Source: a virus (Duplodnaviria; Caudoviricetes). From it: a stretch of 63,211 nucleotides of DNA. Below the pieces are notes generated by a model that saw nothing but the letters and a program-made list of their open reading frames with translations, ran no database searches and was not told the DNA's origin. The DNA lies in IMG/VR virus record IMGVR_UViG_3300027740_000122, positions 1-63,211 of that record; one strand, written 5' to 3'. Positions 48,906 through 58,700 of the stretch are shown one piece after another (the first letter of the stretch is position 1; each line of letters begins with the position of its first letter). Made by a program: the position numbers and the translations under genes.

Positions 48906-49615
48906 ATTACTTTACCTTTCCCCCATAATCTCTTATTTGCACCACCAACTTTTGTTTGATTATCAAATGATTGATACACATAGGTTATGTATTTAACGGT
49001 ATGTTGTGCCAATAACCATACAGAATTATCTTTTATTTTTAATTTAAAAAATAAAGATTTTTTCACAAAGAAAGCGTTCCATTCAGTGACATAAGCAAGT
49101 TCATATCCTTTTTCTTTTCCAAGAGTTACTAAAGCAGTTAAAGAACTACCTAATGATTCTTGTATAGGATTTATAAAAGTTTCCCAAAAAGGAATAGTGG
49201 GATTAAATTCTATCATAACAACTCTAGGGTGGTACAAATTTGTATAACTCCATAAATGATAATCATCCCCATCAATATCAATTACAAGCAAATCAGGATT
49301 TTTAGGGCATGATGTTTGAGAAAGTTCTTGATCCATCGTGGAAACAACAAACGCATTTACACAGTGAATATTACCATTATTCTTATACTTTTCCTGTAAT
49401 TGTCTGAATCTTCTATGATTATTTTCTATTTGAACACTATTCCATCCTTGATTATTAATCAAATTCCAAGTATTACTTAGATGATAACCATTTCCTGCAC
49501 CAATTTCAATACACCATTTATTAATAGGTTTAATTACAGAGAAGATGGCAGCTATAATACCATCTTCCCCACGTTGACTTGTTACATTGTATTTTTCATT
49601 GTCTAACCAATTCAT
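48902..49615 (-). CDS. FkbM-like SAM-dependent methyltransferase
   Basis: SQRGEDGII, EIGAGNG..LSNT, IDIDGDDY..W, PRVVMIEFN. Confidence 0.75.
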   Translation of the reverse strand: MNWLDNEKYNVTSQRGEDGIIAAIFSVIKPINKWCIEIGAGNGYHLSNTWNLINNQGWNSVQIENNHRRFRQLQEKYKNNGNIHCVNAFVVSTMDQELSQTSCPKNPDLLVIDIDGDDYHLWSYTNLYHPRVVMIEFNPTIPFWETFINPIQESLGSSLTALVTLGKEKGYELAYVTEWNAFFVKKSLFFKLKIKDNSVWLLAQHTVKYITYVYQSFDNQTKVGGANKRLWGKGKVI

Positions 49616-49717
49616 AATTATCTCTTAATAAATTGAAATATTTGATATGTCCAAAATATCATACACCAAATAAATATGATTACACATATCCAATATTTCC
49701 AATTATTCATAATAATC

Positions 49718-49984
49718 CTATTGAACTAATTTAAGCCCAGGAATATCACTTGTTTCTTGCCGATAGAATTTTTCAAATTCTTTATCTTCATTCAAATAAG
49801 AAAATAAAATTACATCTGAAACAATCAAACTTGATGGGTTCCCTATAAATTTTGCAAGACTTACTTTTTGATCATTTACAAACACCATTCTTGGTTTTAC
49901 AATAATTTTAGGATTATCAGAATCTATTAAACCTACAAGCAAAATATTTTCAATTTTAATAAATGTAAGTTTTGATTGAGCCAT
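49718..49984 (-). CDS. hypothetical protein
   Basis: AGGAG RBS before MAQSK. Confidence 0.55.
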   Translation of the reverse strand: MAQSKLTFIKIENILLVGLIDSDNPKIIVKPRMVFVNDQKVSLAKFIGNPSSLIVSDVILFSYLNEDKEFEKFYRQETSDIPGLKLVQ

Positions 49985-49985
49985 T

Positions 49986-51059
49986 TTATCTCCTTTTTGG
50001 AACTCGTGAAATTTTAAATTTTTCTTGAATTTCTCTCCAAAGAGCAATTGTTCTTAATTTCAATTTTCGTTGATATTTCATTTGTTCAATATATTCAATA
50101 GAATTTTCCATTGATACATAAGTTTTATCAATGCAATTATATGATGATTCTTTGGTCATATCTTTATACCATTGAAGTTGATCACGAAGATCATCAACAC
50201 CGTATCCAAAAATAACAGAGAGAGGGCAACTTCTATAAGGAATATCTAAAGAACTTTTTGCAACAAAACATTCACTCTGAATCCCAATGATTTGTTCTAC
50301 TTCAACACCACTTGCAAGTTTGACTTTCTTTGTTATCTTTGATTTAGGGAATCCTGGTTTAACTTGAATCCTTAATGAAGCATAAAAAGGAATACCAAAT
50401 CCTCCTGGGGTAGTAGTTTTTCCTCCTTCACCTGTTCGTATTTGATTTGAGAAAGCAATAAGCCATTGATTTCTTGCAACTAATCGACAAGTTTTTCTGA
50501 GCCCTTCGGAAAATTCTTTGGCTCTCCTCATACCCATTTTATCCCCTTCATCCTTATCCATTTCAAGATCAGTTGATAATGCTGCTATGGAATCAGAACA
50601 AAGGAGATTAATTGCAGAAGGATTGGCAGGAGCCCACGGCCAGATAAAATCAGTAAACATTGACGATACAGTATCAGGACGATAATACTCAAATTCTTTT
50701 TCAATGTTTACTCCGTAAATACGAGAATATTCATGGTCAAGACGTGCTTCAGGGTCACAAAAGCGAACTGTACCTCCTCTATTTTGTGCGGATGCAGCTA
50801 ATTCTGAAAGAAGGGCAGTTTTACCTGCCCCTGAAGGACCGAAATATTCCATAAACATGCCACCTGGAATACCTCCTTCATCATTCACACCTCCAGATAT
50901 AATCAAATCCAAAAGTGTAGATCCTGAAGGAATAACTTTTTTTACATTCATACTCTTCTGAATCAAAGTAAGTTCGGAAGCGGTTTCTTCTTCAAGAGGA
51001 TTCTTAATTGCTTCCTTCACTTGTTCTGTAATTGTGGATGATCTTTTGATTAATGGCAT
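49986..51059 (-). CDS. recA: RecA/UvsX-like recombinase
   Basis: SGSTLLD, GPSGAGKT, DPEARLD, DSIAAL, NQIR, TPGG..IPFYASLRI. Confidence 0.9.
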   Translation of the reverse strand: MPLIKRSSTITEQVKEAIKNPLEEETASELTLIQKSMNVKKVIPSGSTLLDLIISGGVNDEGGIPGGMFMEYFGPSGAGKTALLSELAASAQNRGGTVRFCDPEARLDHEYSRIYGVNIEKEFEYYRPDTVSSMFTDFIWPWAPANPSAINLLCSDSIAALSTDLEMDKDEGDKMGMRRAKEFSEGLRKTCRLVARNQWLIAFSNQIRTGEGGKTTTPGGFGIPFYASLRIQVKPGFPKSKITKKVKLASGVEVEQIIGIQSECFVAKSSLDIPYRSCPLSVIFGYGVDDLRDQLQWYKDMTKESSYNCIDKTYVSMENSIEYIEQMKYQRKLKLRTIALWREIQEKFKISRVPKRR

Positions 51060-51068
51060 AACTATTTC

Positions 51069-52220
51069 TTACTGACCAGGACGACGGCGAAGTTGGCGAC
51101 CTGGGGGCAATGAATCAGTTACATTTTTTGTCGGTGTAACAGGGTCTATAGGGGCAGCAGAGGGTTCAGGTTCAGATTGATGTTCTAATGCTGCACGGCG
51201 ACGAGCAAGAGGAGAATCTACTTTTGGTGCTGCTGCTTTCTCTGCTGCTACCTTTTCTGCTGCTGCAAGTTCAAGTTCAAAAGCTTGAAATTCTTTTTCA
51301 CATTCAGCAAGATCAGGACATTTTTCACATACTTCAAATTTACCAAAATCTTCGGGGGGATTGCCTGGACATTCAAAAGTACCAGCATCATGATCGTGAC
51401 TTACAGGATCAGTAACATCTTCATTCTGTGAATTATCAGGTAATACTTCCGTAGTAATTACTCTATCTCCATCAGATTCATCAAATGAACTACCCCAATG
51501 TGCTTTGTAAACTTCAGCATATGTTGGGATATAAATCATATCATCCAAAGAATGGGCAGAATCAAGCAAAGCATCAGAAATAGGTTCTGTTCTGTCATGG
51601 AAAGCAAATGCTGTGTAACTGGTATTTGTAGCCCCACTTCCTTTTTTACGGAAGAAGACAGTTTTACCTACATCAGAATCAGAGAAAAGAATAAACCCAC
51701 CTGAACGAGGAATTTTGGCAAGTTCCGCAAGATATTTCTCAAATAACCAATGAGCAACATCAAAAAGTTGTATCCCTTTTGCTACTTCTGTATTATTATC
51801 AAGACACACAATGTTGTAAATAACTCTGCGGGTAGGATTGAGAGATTTAACAAAATCCTCATTGTAATTATCTTTTTTACGTTCTTCCGCTTGATGTTCA
51901 CAAATCGGACATGCTTTACCATAACTACGGGCAAGACAAATAAAGTTATCTTCTGTTACACCAACTTTTCTATGTACCCATATATCAAGATTATACGCCC
52001 ATTTTCCTGCTTTTCCATTGGGATTATTAGGTCCCCCAATGTAAGGAATAATGTTAATAAAATGCTCATCTTCAGCACATTTCCACCATTTTGCATTGGT
52101 CATTTTTTCTTTAGTGAAAATAGATTTGAATCGACCTGAATCGTCCCGATTATTATATGATTCGGCAATTCTCTCTCCCATTTCTTTCTTCATTTCTGCA
52201 CGCCGTTCCGATGGTTTCAT
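51069..52220 (-). CDS. single-stranded DNA-binding protein (T4 gp32-like)
   Basis: VH..VG....FICL...YG..CPICE, RVIYNIV, acidic low-complexity region; next to recA. Confidence 0.7.
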   Translation of the reverse strand: MKPSERRAEMKKEMGERIAESYNNRDDSGRFKSIFTKEKMTNAKWWKCAEDEHFINIIPYIGGPNNPNGKAGKWAYNLDIWVHRKVGVTEDNFICLARSYGKACPICEHQAEERKKDNYNEDFVKSLNPTRRVIYNIVCLDNNTEVAKGIQLFDVAHWLFEKYLAELAKIPRSGGFILFSDSDVGKTVFFRKKGSGATNTSYTAFAFHDRTEPISDALLDSAHSLDDMIYIPTYAEVYKAHWGSSFDESDGDRVITTEVLPDNSQNEDVTDPVSHDHDAGTFECPGNPPEDFGKFEVCEKCPDLAECEKEFQAFELELAAAEKVAAEKAAAPKVDSPLARRRAALEHQSEPEPSAAPIDPVTPTKNVTDSLPPGRQLRRRPGQ

Positions 52221-52352
52221 AAAGTTCTCCTTTTGTTATGTGTTAAAGATTTTTTGATTCCTAATCCAAATAAACGTCCTGCACAATATAAAACAAGCAA
52301 AAGAATAATCATTCCAATCATTATAAAAATAAATAATTCAAAAGGTGTCATT

Positions 52353-52871
52353 TTAAACCCCTACTTTTCTTTTAAGCAAACGTGAGTTTTTTTCCATTCC
52401 TTCTGTTTGAGCATTACTCGCAGCTTCAGATACTAAATTATCGTATCCTGAACCAATTTTTTTATTTCCTGACCAATATCCATTACTATGAAGTTTAATT
52501 AAATTTCCTATCATTCTGTCCCTATGCTCAAAACTATCTCTTGCCACCATTAAAATATTTACATCATGTTGCGCTGTTTGAAACTTTTCATTAGCTGTAA
52601 CATATTTTTCATGTGTCGAAATTGTTGAATTAATAAAACTTTCTGTTGGCGCTTTATCGGGTTTTTGCCACCCAAACTTACTCGGTGTTTCTCTGATTTC
52701 TTGATCACATTCACCCCTTATTAATGACAAATTATCTTTTAGATTATCTCTGATAAATACAGCATCAGCCCACTTTAGCCCCCATTCTGCAACTAGTTCT
52801 GCATGTTGTAGACATACATCATCTAATGCATATTGGTCGATCTTTAAATCATCTCGGAAATTATGTTCCAT
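52353..52871 (-). CDS. UvsY-like recombination mediator
   Basis: DLKID..LD, helical; synteny with SSB and RecA. Confidence 0.5.
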   Translation of the reverse strand: MEHNFRDDLKIDQYALDDVCLQHAELVAEWGLKWADAVFIRDNLKDNLSLIRGECDQEIRETPSKFGWQKPDKAPTESFINSTISTHEKYVTANEKFQTAQHDVNILMVARDSFEHRDRMIGNLIKLHSNGYWSGNKKIGSGYDNLVSEAASNAQTEGMEKNSRLLKRKVGV

Positions 52872-52887
52872 GTTTTCTCTCTCTTTC

Positions 52888-52920
52888 TATTATAATAACA
52901 TATATTTATAAAATCTGTAA
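52888..52920 (-). promoter_or_regulatory. replication-arm promoter motif, copy 2
   Basis: Minus strand TTTATAAATATATGTTATTATAATA. Confidence 0.5.
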
Positions 52921-53625
52921 TTATACTTTTTGGTCTACTAACCAAGTTGATAAGTAATCTGCCGAAATGAGTAAAGATACAAGGGGAACATCTAATGTAG
53001 CTTGACTAAATGCTGCACCTGTAGGATAGAAAAAATGTGTACCTCCTTCAAATGAACCAAGATGCCATCGAATTGCAAGTGCTTCAATATCTGTTAGGTC
53101 TATGAATTTTTGAAGAAGATAAACAGATTTTTCCCCATGACCTAAAGGAAGTTCTTCTTTTACTTTCCATGAAGTTTCAAACTTCGGAAATTCCCCTTCT
53201 CCTTTTTTTAAGAAATCAATCACTTTTGTTACATAAAATTTAGTTAATTCTCTCATAGGTATATTATAATTATTTTCTGACTTATTAAGTAAATCCTTAA
53301 GATATTTGATTTGTGGTTCTGTAGCAGGTTCAGAATCTTCAATGTATGTATTGATTTTACATACATCATGAAGGCTACTTACAATTATTAAGGTGTCTCT
53401 TGTATATAAATCTTGGTGTTCCATATAATTTTCATATAGTAAACATAAAGAATCATATACATTTAAGGAATGATCTGCAAGCCCTCCTGAATAATTACCA
53501 TGTCCTTTTACAGAAGCAGGTGCCGTGAAAAAATCAGATTCAGAAAGCCAATGAATTAACTCCTGAATACCATCACGTTTAATTGAATCTAAAAGATTTA
53601 ATATTTCCAATTTAGTGGCTGGCAT
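52921..53625 (-). CDS. HD-domain phosphohydrolase
   Basis: DFFTAPAS..H....GGLADHSLNV, LHDVCK, GHGEKS, AIRWH. Confidence 0.85.
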   Translation of the reverse strand: MPATKLEILNLLDSIKRDGIQELIHWLSESDFFTAPASVKGHGNYSGGLADHSLNVYDSLCLLYENYMEHQDLYTRDTLIIVSSLHDVCKINTYIEDSEPATEPQIKYLKDLLNKSENNYNIPMRELTKFYVTKVIDFLKKGEGEFPKFETSWKVKEELPLGHGEKSVYLLQKFIDLTDIEALAIRWHLGSFEGGTHFFYPTGAAFSQATLDVPLVSLLISADYLSTWLVDQKV

Positions 53626-53770
53626 TAAGCATCTCCTTATTTGCAATTTTATAACTCCAATCGAAGCATATTAAACACAGCATTTCAGATTCAAAATCAA
53701 TGTCCCATATAATCTCAGAAAGCTGACGAGGTTCATAGTAATAACCACATACTTTACATGGACGTAACAT

Positions 53771-53998
53771 TTAGTGTTTTCCTTTTCCATTTTTTGGAAT
53801 TACAGTATCAATATCTTTACCAGTTTCATTTTTTAATTTGTCTTTCAAAAAAGAAAAACATGAAGGACACGATTGCAAGTCATTATACATTCTTACATCA
53901 TAAAGTGGCCCCACATGATGGCAAACAAAACATTGATACAGAGGTCCTTTTATTTCGGTCATTTTAGGCTCCTTAAAACGGTATGTCATCGTCTGCAT
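53771..53998 (-). CDS. small zinc-finger protein
   Basis: CFVC...CPSC; start uncertain. Confidence 0.45.
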   Translation of the reverse strand: MQTMTYRFKEPKMTEIKGPLYQCFVCHHVGPLYDVRMYNDLQSCPSCFSFLKDKLKNETGKDIDTVIPKNGKGKH

Positions 53999-54218
53999 TA
54001 AATACTGGTAAGGTATTTAAATCACGATCCTTTGTTGATTCCCTTCTTTGTAGGCTTACAGAATTTAAAGCATCAAAAATGACCTTTCTGAATCCTAATT
54101 CTTTATATGTTTCATCATCATAAATAGGGTTTTGCATGAGGCCTTTAAGCCAGTAATATGCTTCAAGGTTCTTTGTTAAATCTATTTGAAGAACAACATT
54201 TACAGGTAGCTTATCCAT
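53973..54218 (-). CDS. 81-aa protein ending in an SSB-like acidic tip (DDDIPF)
   Basis: C-terminus FNADDDIPF. Confidence 0.6.
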   Translation of the reverse strand: MDKLPVNVVLQIDLTKNLEAYYWLKGLMQNPIYDDETYKELGFRKVIFDALNSVSLQRRESTKDRDLNTLPVFNADDDIPF

Positions 54219-54429
54219 TTTGTCTCTTTAAAACAACATGTCCATTTCTTTTTTCTTTCATAAAAGTAACTTCCCATGCATATATTTTCATAGATTTAAG
54301 GCATCTTTTACAAGTGACTTCATCTGGATTAGTTGTCATATTTTGAATTTGAGCAACAAGAAATCCACAAAAAGTAAAAAATTTATGCATAAAGTGAGCA
54401 TAGTGCATCTTTACTGGTTCGTATTTCAT
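54211..54429 (-). CDS. small His/Cys protein
   Basis: H...CG...TTNPDEVTCKRC. Confidence 0.5.
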   Translation of the reverse strand: MKYEPVKMHYAHFMHKFFTFCGFLVAQIQNMTTNPDEVTCKRCLKSMKIYAWEVTFMKEKRNGHVVLKRQNG

Positions 54430-54451
54430 AATTACACCTCATTAATTTATT

Positions 54452-55396
54452 TTACACCTTACTTGCGTAATAGCAGGCGTTTGTTAACCCAGGCATCTTA
54501 GTATACATAAAATTTTCTGAAAAACAATCATTTATTTCTATGGCACGTTTAATAGTTTCAGGAGAAGATTTAGGATTCCATATAATCTTTTGCATGTATC
54601 CCATAATACTATATCGAAGTCCTTCAGCATCGTCAGGAAGATTAGGGAGAATTGCTTGAATATCTTTCCATCTATTTTCTCTTGTATCAATAAGTAAACG
54701 ACACAACTCAATACTTGCAGATTTCGTTGCTGAAGCTTCGGAGATTGCCCTGAGAGCGTCGTCCTCATTCATAATGTCGATAACACTGTCAAGCAAAACT
54801 AGGGCATTTCGAGGGCATCCTTCAGCATTTTTAACAATCTCATTTATTACAGAGGTAGGAAAATCTGTAATGCCTTCTGATTTAATCGTATCTATTAAAA
54901 ATTTTGTCATTAAAGGAGAAGGTAAAGATTTTACTTCAAATTTCATACATCGAGAAATGACAGTATCTAAAAGTTTATCTGGTTCAGTAGTGCAAAGGGC
55001 AAAGTAAACATGCTTTGGGGGAGGTTCTAAAACTTTTAATAATGCATTTTGAGCACCTTGATTTCCCTTGGTCATACAGTGGGCCTCGTCAAGGATATAC
55101 ATTTTATTTTTCCCAGATAAAGGACCAAATTGAGAATTTTCAGTTATCTCCCTGATGGTGTCAATACCATTTGTTTGTGCCATATTGTATTCATATATAG
55201 CATCAGAATTACAACCTGCCATTGTTGCGTAAATTCTAGCTAGTGTAGTTTTTCCACATCCTCTAGGACCTATAAATAACATAACATGAGGTTTATCTTG
55301 TTCTCTTGTAAGAACAGAAAATAAAGATTCTTTAATTCCTTCATTTCCTACGAATTGATCAAGTGTTGTAGGTCTTTTGTCTATATGAAAAGACAT
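54452..55396 (-). CDS. clamp loader AAA+ subunit (DnaX gamma/tau-like)
   Basis: RPTTLDQFVG, GPRGCGKTT, LDEAH, NALLK.LE.PP, SRC, G.PRNAL. Confidence 0.9.
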   Translation of the reverse strand: MSFHIDKRPTTLDQFVGNEGIKESLFSVLTREQDKPHVMLFIGPRGCGKTTLARIYATMAGCNSDAIYEYNMAQTNGIDTIREITENSQFGPLSGKNKMYILDEAHCMTKGNQGAQNALLKVLEPPPKHVYFALCTTEPDKLLDTVISRCMKFEVKSLPSPLMTKFLIDTIKSEGITDFPTSVINEIVKNAEGCPRNALVLLDSVIDIMNEDDALRAISEASATKSASIELCRLLIDTRENRWKDIQAILPNLPDDAEGLRYSIMGYMQKIIWNPKSSPETIKRAIEINDCFSENFMYTKMPGLTNACYYASKV

Positions 55397-55671
55397 TAAT
55401 TTACTCCTTTAAGAGGGTACCAATGAGGTCTTGTTTCAAGATCAAGAGTTCTATTTTCTCCATTAAAATTATTTTTACAATATGGTATTTTACAGAGAAT
55501 GCCTGGATTATTACAATAATATTTACCCCCAGCTGTTCTGTATTTCCAATCACATTCACCACAATTATTTGTGATTGTGATTACAGCATCTTTAGGAACT
55601 TCGTCAATATATGCTGAATAATTAGTCTCAGGGGAATCATTATCTTCACATTCTACAATAAATCGTTTCAT
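55396..55671 (-). CDS. hypothetical Cys-containing protein
   Basis: GAGG RBS. Confidence 0.5.
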   Translation of the reverse strand: MKRFIVECEDNDSPETNYSAYIDEVPKDAVITITNNCGECDWKYRTAGGKYYCNNPGILCKIPYCKNNFNGENRTLDLETRPHWYPLKGVN

Positions 55672-55681
55672 ATTTACCTCT

Positions 55682-55719
55682 TATTATAAGTATAGCATAC
55701 ATTTATGAAACCTTAAATT
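55682..55719 (-). promoter_or_regulatory. replication-arm promoter motif, copy 3
   Basis: Minus strand TTCATAAATGTATGCTATACTTATAATA. Confidence 0.55.
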
Positions 55720-58700
55720 AATCTTCTCTTGTTTCTTCTTTACTTCCCCAAGGTTTATCAATTTCTGTTTCCTCCCATTCTATTAAAAGAGGAACAACTA
55801 ACCATTTAAAATGTTCTCTTATATCAAGAGTTGCAATTTGATTACTCATTTTCATTAATTTTTGTTTTTCAAGGGGAAAAAGATCAGTTAAACAACAATC
55901 ATGTACCTGTCCATTCATTCTTGATATATATTTTTCTTCCTTCATTCTTTTATTTATTTCATTTATACTCCACATTAAACAATGAAAAGCAGTTCCTTGA
56001 ACAGGGTAATTAACAACTTGGTTCTTTGAAAGATACCCTTGACATCTAAATCCAAACATTTGTTCAATATAACCAAGTCTTACATAATCTGCCAATGATT
56101 TTTCTTGCCATTGTTTAACTGCTTTATATTTAAACCAAAACCGTTCTTCTACTTTTTTAAGGTGTGTTTCAAATTCTTCATAGGCATTTGCTTTTGTTTT
56201 GATAACACCTACAGCTTGTAAATGTTCAAACACAGTAATACCTTCATAACAAATCATTTTCATACACTTAGAAAAAAGATTCCTTGCACAGGATTTATAA
56301 TATGAATTATAAAATTCAGGAAATGTAAATCCATTCTTTGCTTCAAATCTCAAATCTTTTGCAAAAGGTTTCTTAGGTATTTTGTCCCATAAATCATCAC
56401 TAAATTTAAATATTTCTATAGCATTATCTCTATGCATATCTGTGTTAGGATCAAATATATATGCCATTAATGTTGGACATTGTGTATAACATGCTATGAT
56501 ACGAACTTCCATTGCCCCATAATCCCAATCAATTAATTGATTACCAGAAGAAGGCATAATCCCAGAACGTATAATCTGTTTTGCTTCTTCATCTCTAACT
56601 GGAATATTCTGGAAGTTAGGATCATGACTCTCTCCGCGGTATGTTACCGGGATATGAAAATCAAAGAAAGGTCTCATTCTTTCATCATCATCTATTTCAC
56701 GGAGAAATTGACCTAAATAAGTACCTTGAATTTTTTCAAGTTGAGCAATTTTCGTTATTTCTTTTGCAATTGGTGTATCTAAATCAGCAAGAACACTTGC
56801 ATCTGTGGATTCTTTTTCTCCTGGGGTAAATTTACTTGGTGATAATCCTAGTACAGTAAAAAAGAGTTCTCGCAAATCATAGTCAGAACCAAAATTAATT
56901 GGTCTATGTTTGAATTGTTCATATTTAATAGCTTCAGGGAATTTATATAAATTATTTTTCATTTCTGCAATTCTTTCAGTCAATGTGACATCTTGAATAA
57001 TATAATACTCCTTATCCATATTAATGCCATTCTCTTGAATATCGCAAAGAGTAACAAGTCCTTCTTGCACAAATTCTCTAGCTTGTTGCATTTTAGGATA
57101 TTTTTTTAATTCTTCCTCTTGTTCTTCTTGTAATCTAAACGTAAGGAGACTATCAATTCCATTGTATAACAAAAGATCATTGATAGGTGCATCCATGATT
57201 CTATTAAACGGAGTATTCTTATTTTCTGATTTAAGGAATTTTTCAATTTTTGCATCATAATCAGGTATCCCCCATCGTACCATTGCTTGAAATTTTAACC
57301 CCGTAAATTCTTTACGATTATCAAGTATGTGGGCACAATTCATAGTACACCACCATTTACTCTCAATATCAATCCCAAATATTTCTCTAGTCCACATATC
57401 CTCAAATTTTGAATTTGAAGTGTAAATTCCATAATTTAAAGTAAATTGTTCTATTTCAGGTACAATAGCACAATATATTTTTTCTTCTGAATAATTAGGA
57501 ACAATTTCTTTAATAGTCCAACCTAAAGAAGAATCTTTTGTAATTATTATCATCCAATAAGGGGATTTTTTGGGATAACTAGAAAACCTTGAAGAAATAT
57601 GTTCGGAAAATCCAGTACAATACCACCCTCCGAGTGAGGCATTGTTTTTTAACCATTCTGCTGCTTTTTTATTAAATGTAGTAATTACCCTAGATTCCCC
57701 CGCTGTACTATCAGTACCGTCTAATAATTGCCAACCTTCAATAAAATTAGCAATATAATCTGCATTACAAGAAATAGGCAGTTCTTTCATTGGTGTAGTA
57801 TGTTTGTAACATTGTACTACAGGATCTCCATTAGCATTTTTAGGATAAGTATAATGGGGAAAAGAATCTTTATATTTTTCTTTCCAACCACATAATCTGA
57901 TATTATGGAAATAATTCCATTTAGATTCTCCACAGTAACTACCATCTGCAAAAATTAAACCATGTCTAAAAGCATCTGATTTTTCATTAATGATAAATTT
58001 GGGTAATTCCGCTACAATTCGATCTTTTCGTTTTAAATCTTTTGTAATAATATTTTCTTTTCTTTCAAAAAAAGAAAAATTAGGTTTTGTAGTATATTGA
58101 GTTGTTTTATATCTATCAATAAACCACCGATGATTTTCTGTAACTAATATTTCATGTTTAATATTTGACATGCTTCTATGACTAGGACCAATTACAAGTT
58201 TAGTTAATTTTGCTTTACCAAATAATTTAATTTCTCCTTCTTTCCATCCTTGTTTGGTCCATATTTGTTGTTTAGTATTTACTGTCTCTTCAAATGTTTT
58301 AATTCCTTCATTTGTTAAATATTGTGTATTTCCAGAAAAACAATTATGCATTATTTTCTTTATTTTAGGATTAAGAAGTATCTGAATCCACAAATCACAA
58401 ATTTCATTAATTTGATCGTTTGTGAAATACATATTATTTCTATATTGATAAGGAAATGAATAAGCCTTATCGTAATCATAACAAAAAGATATAGTTGTTA
58501 TTCTGTGTTCTTTTCGATATGGTTTCTTTCCTGTAGTCTCATAATCAAATGCAAACTTTTCAGGTTGTAATTTAATTACCTTAAGAAGTTCTTTTTTTAT
58601 ACTATCAAAATCTTTGAGGATTGTTATGCATTTATTGACATTAACGATTTCAGGTGGGTCTGTGAATTGTGAACATTTAATAAGGAATGATATATCTTTT

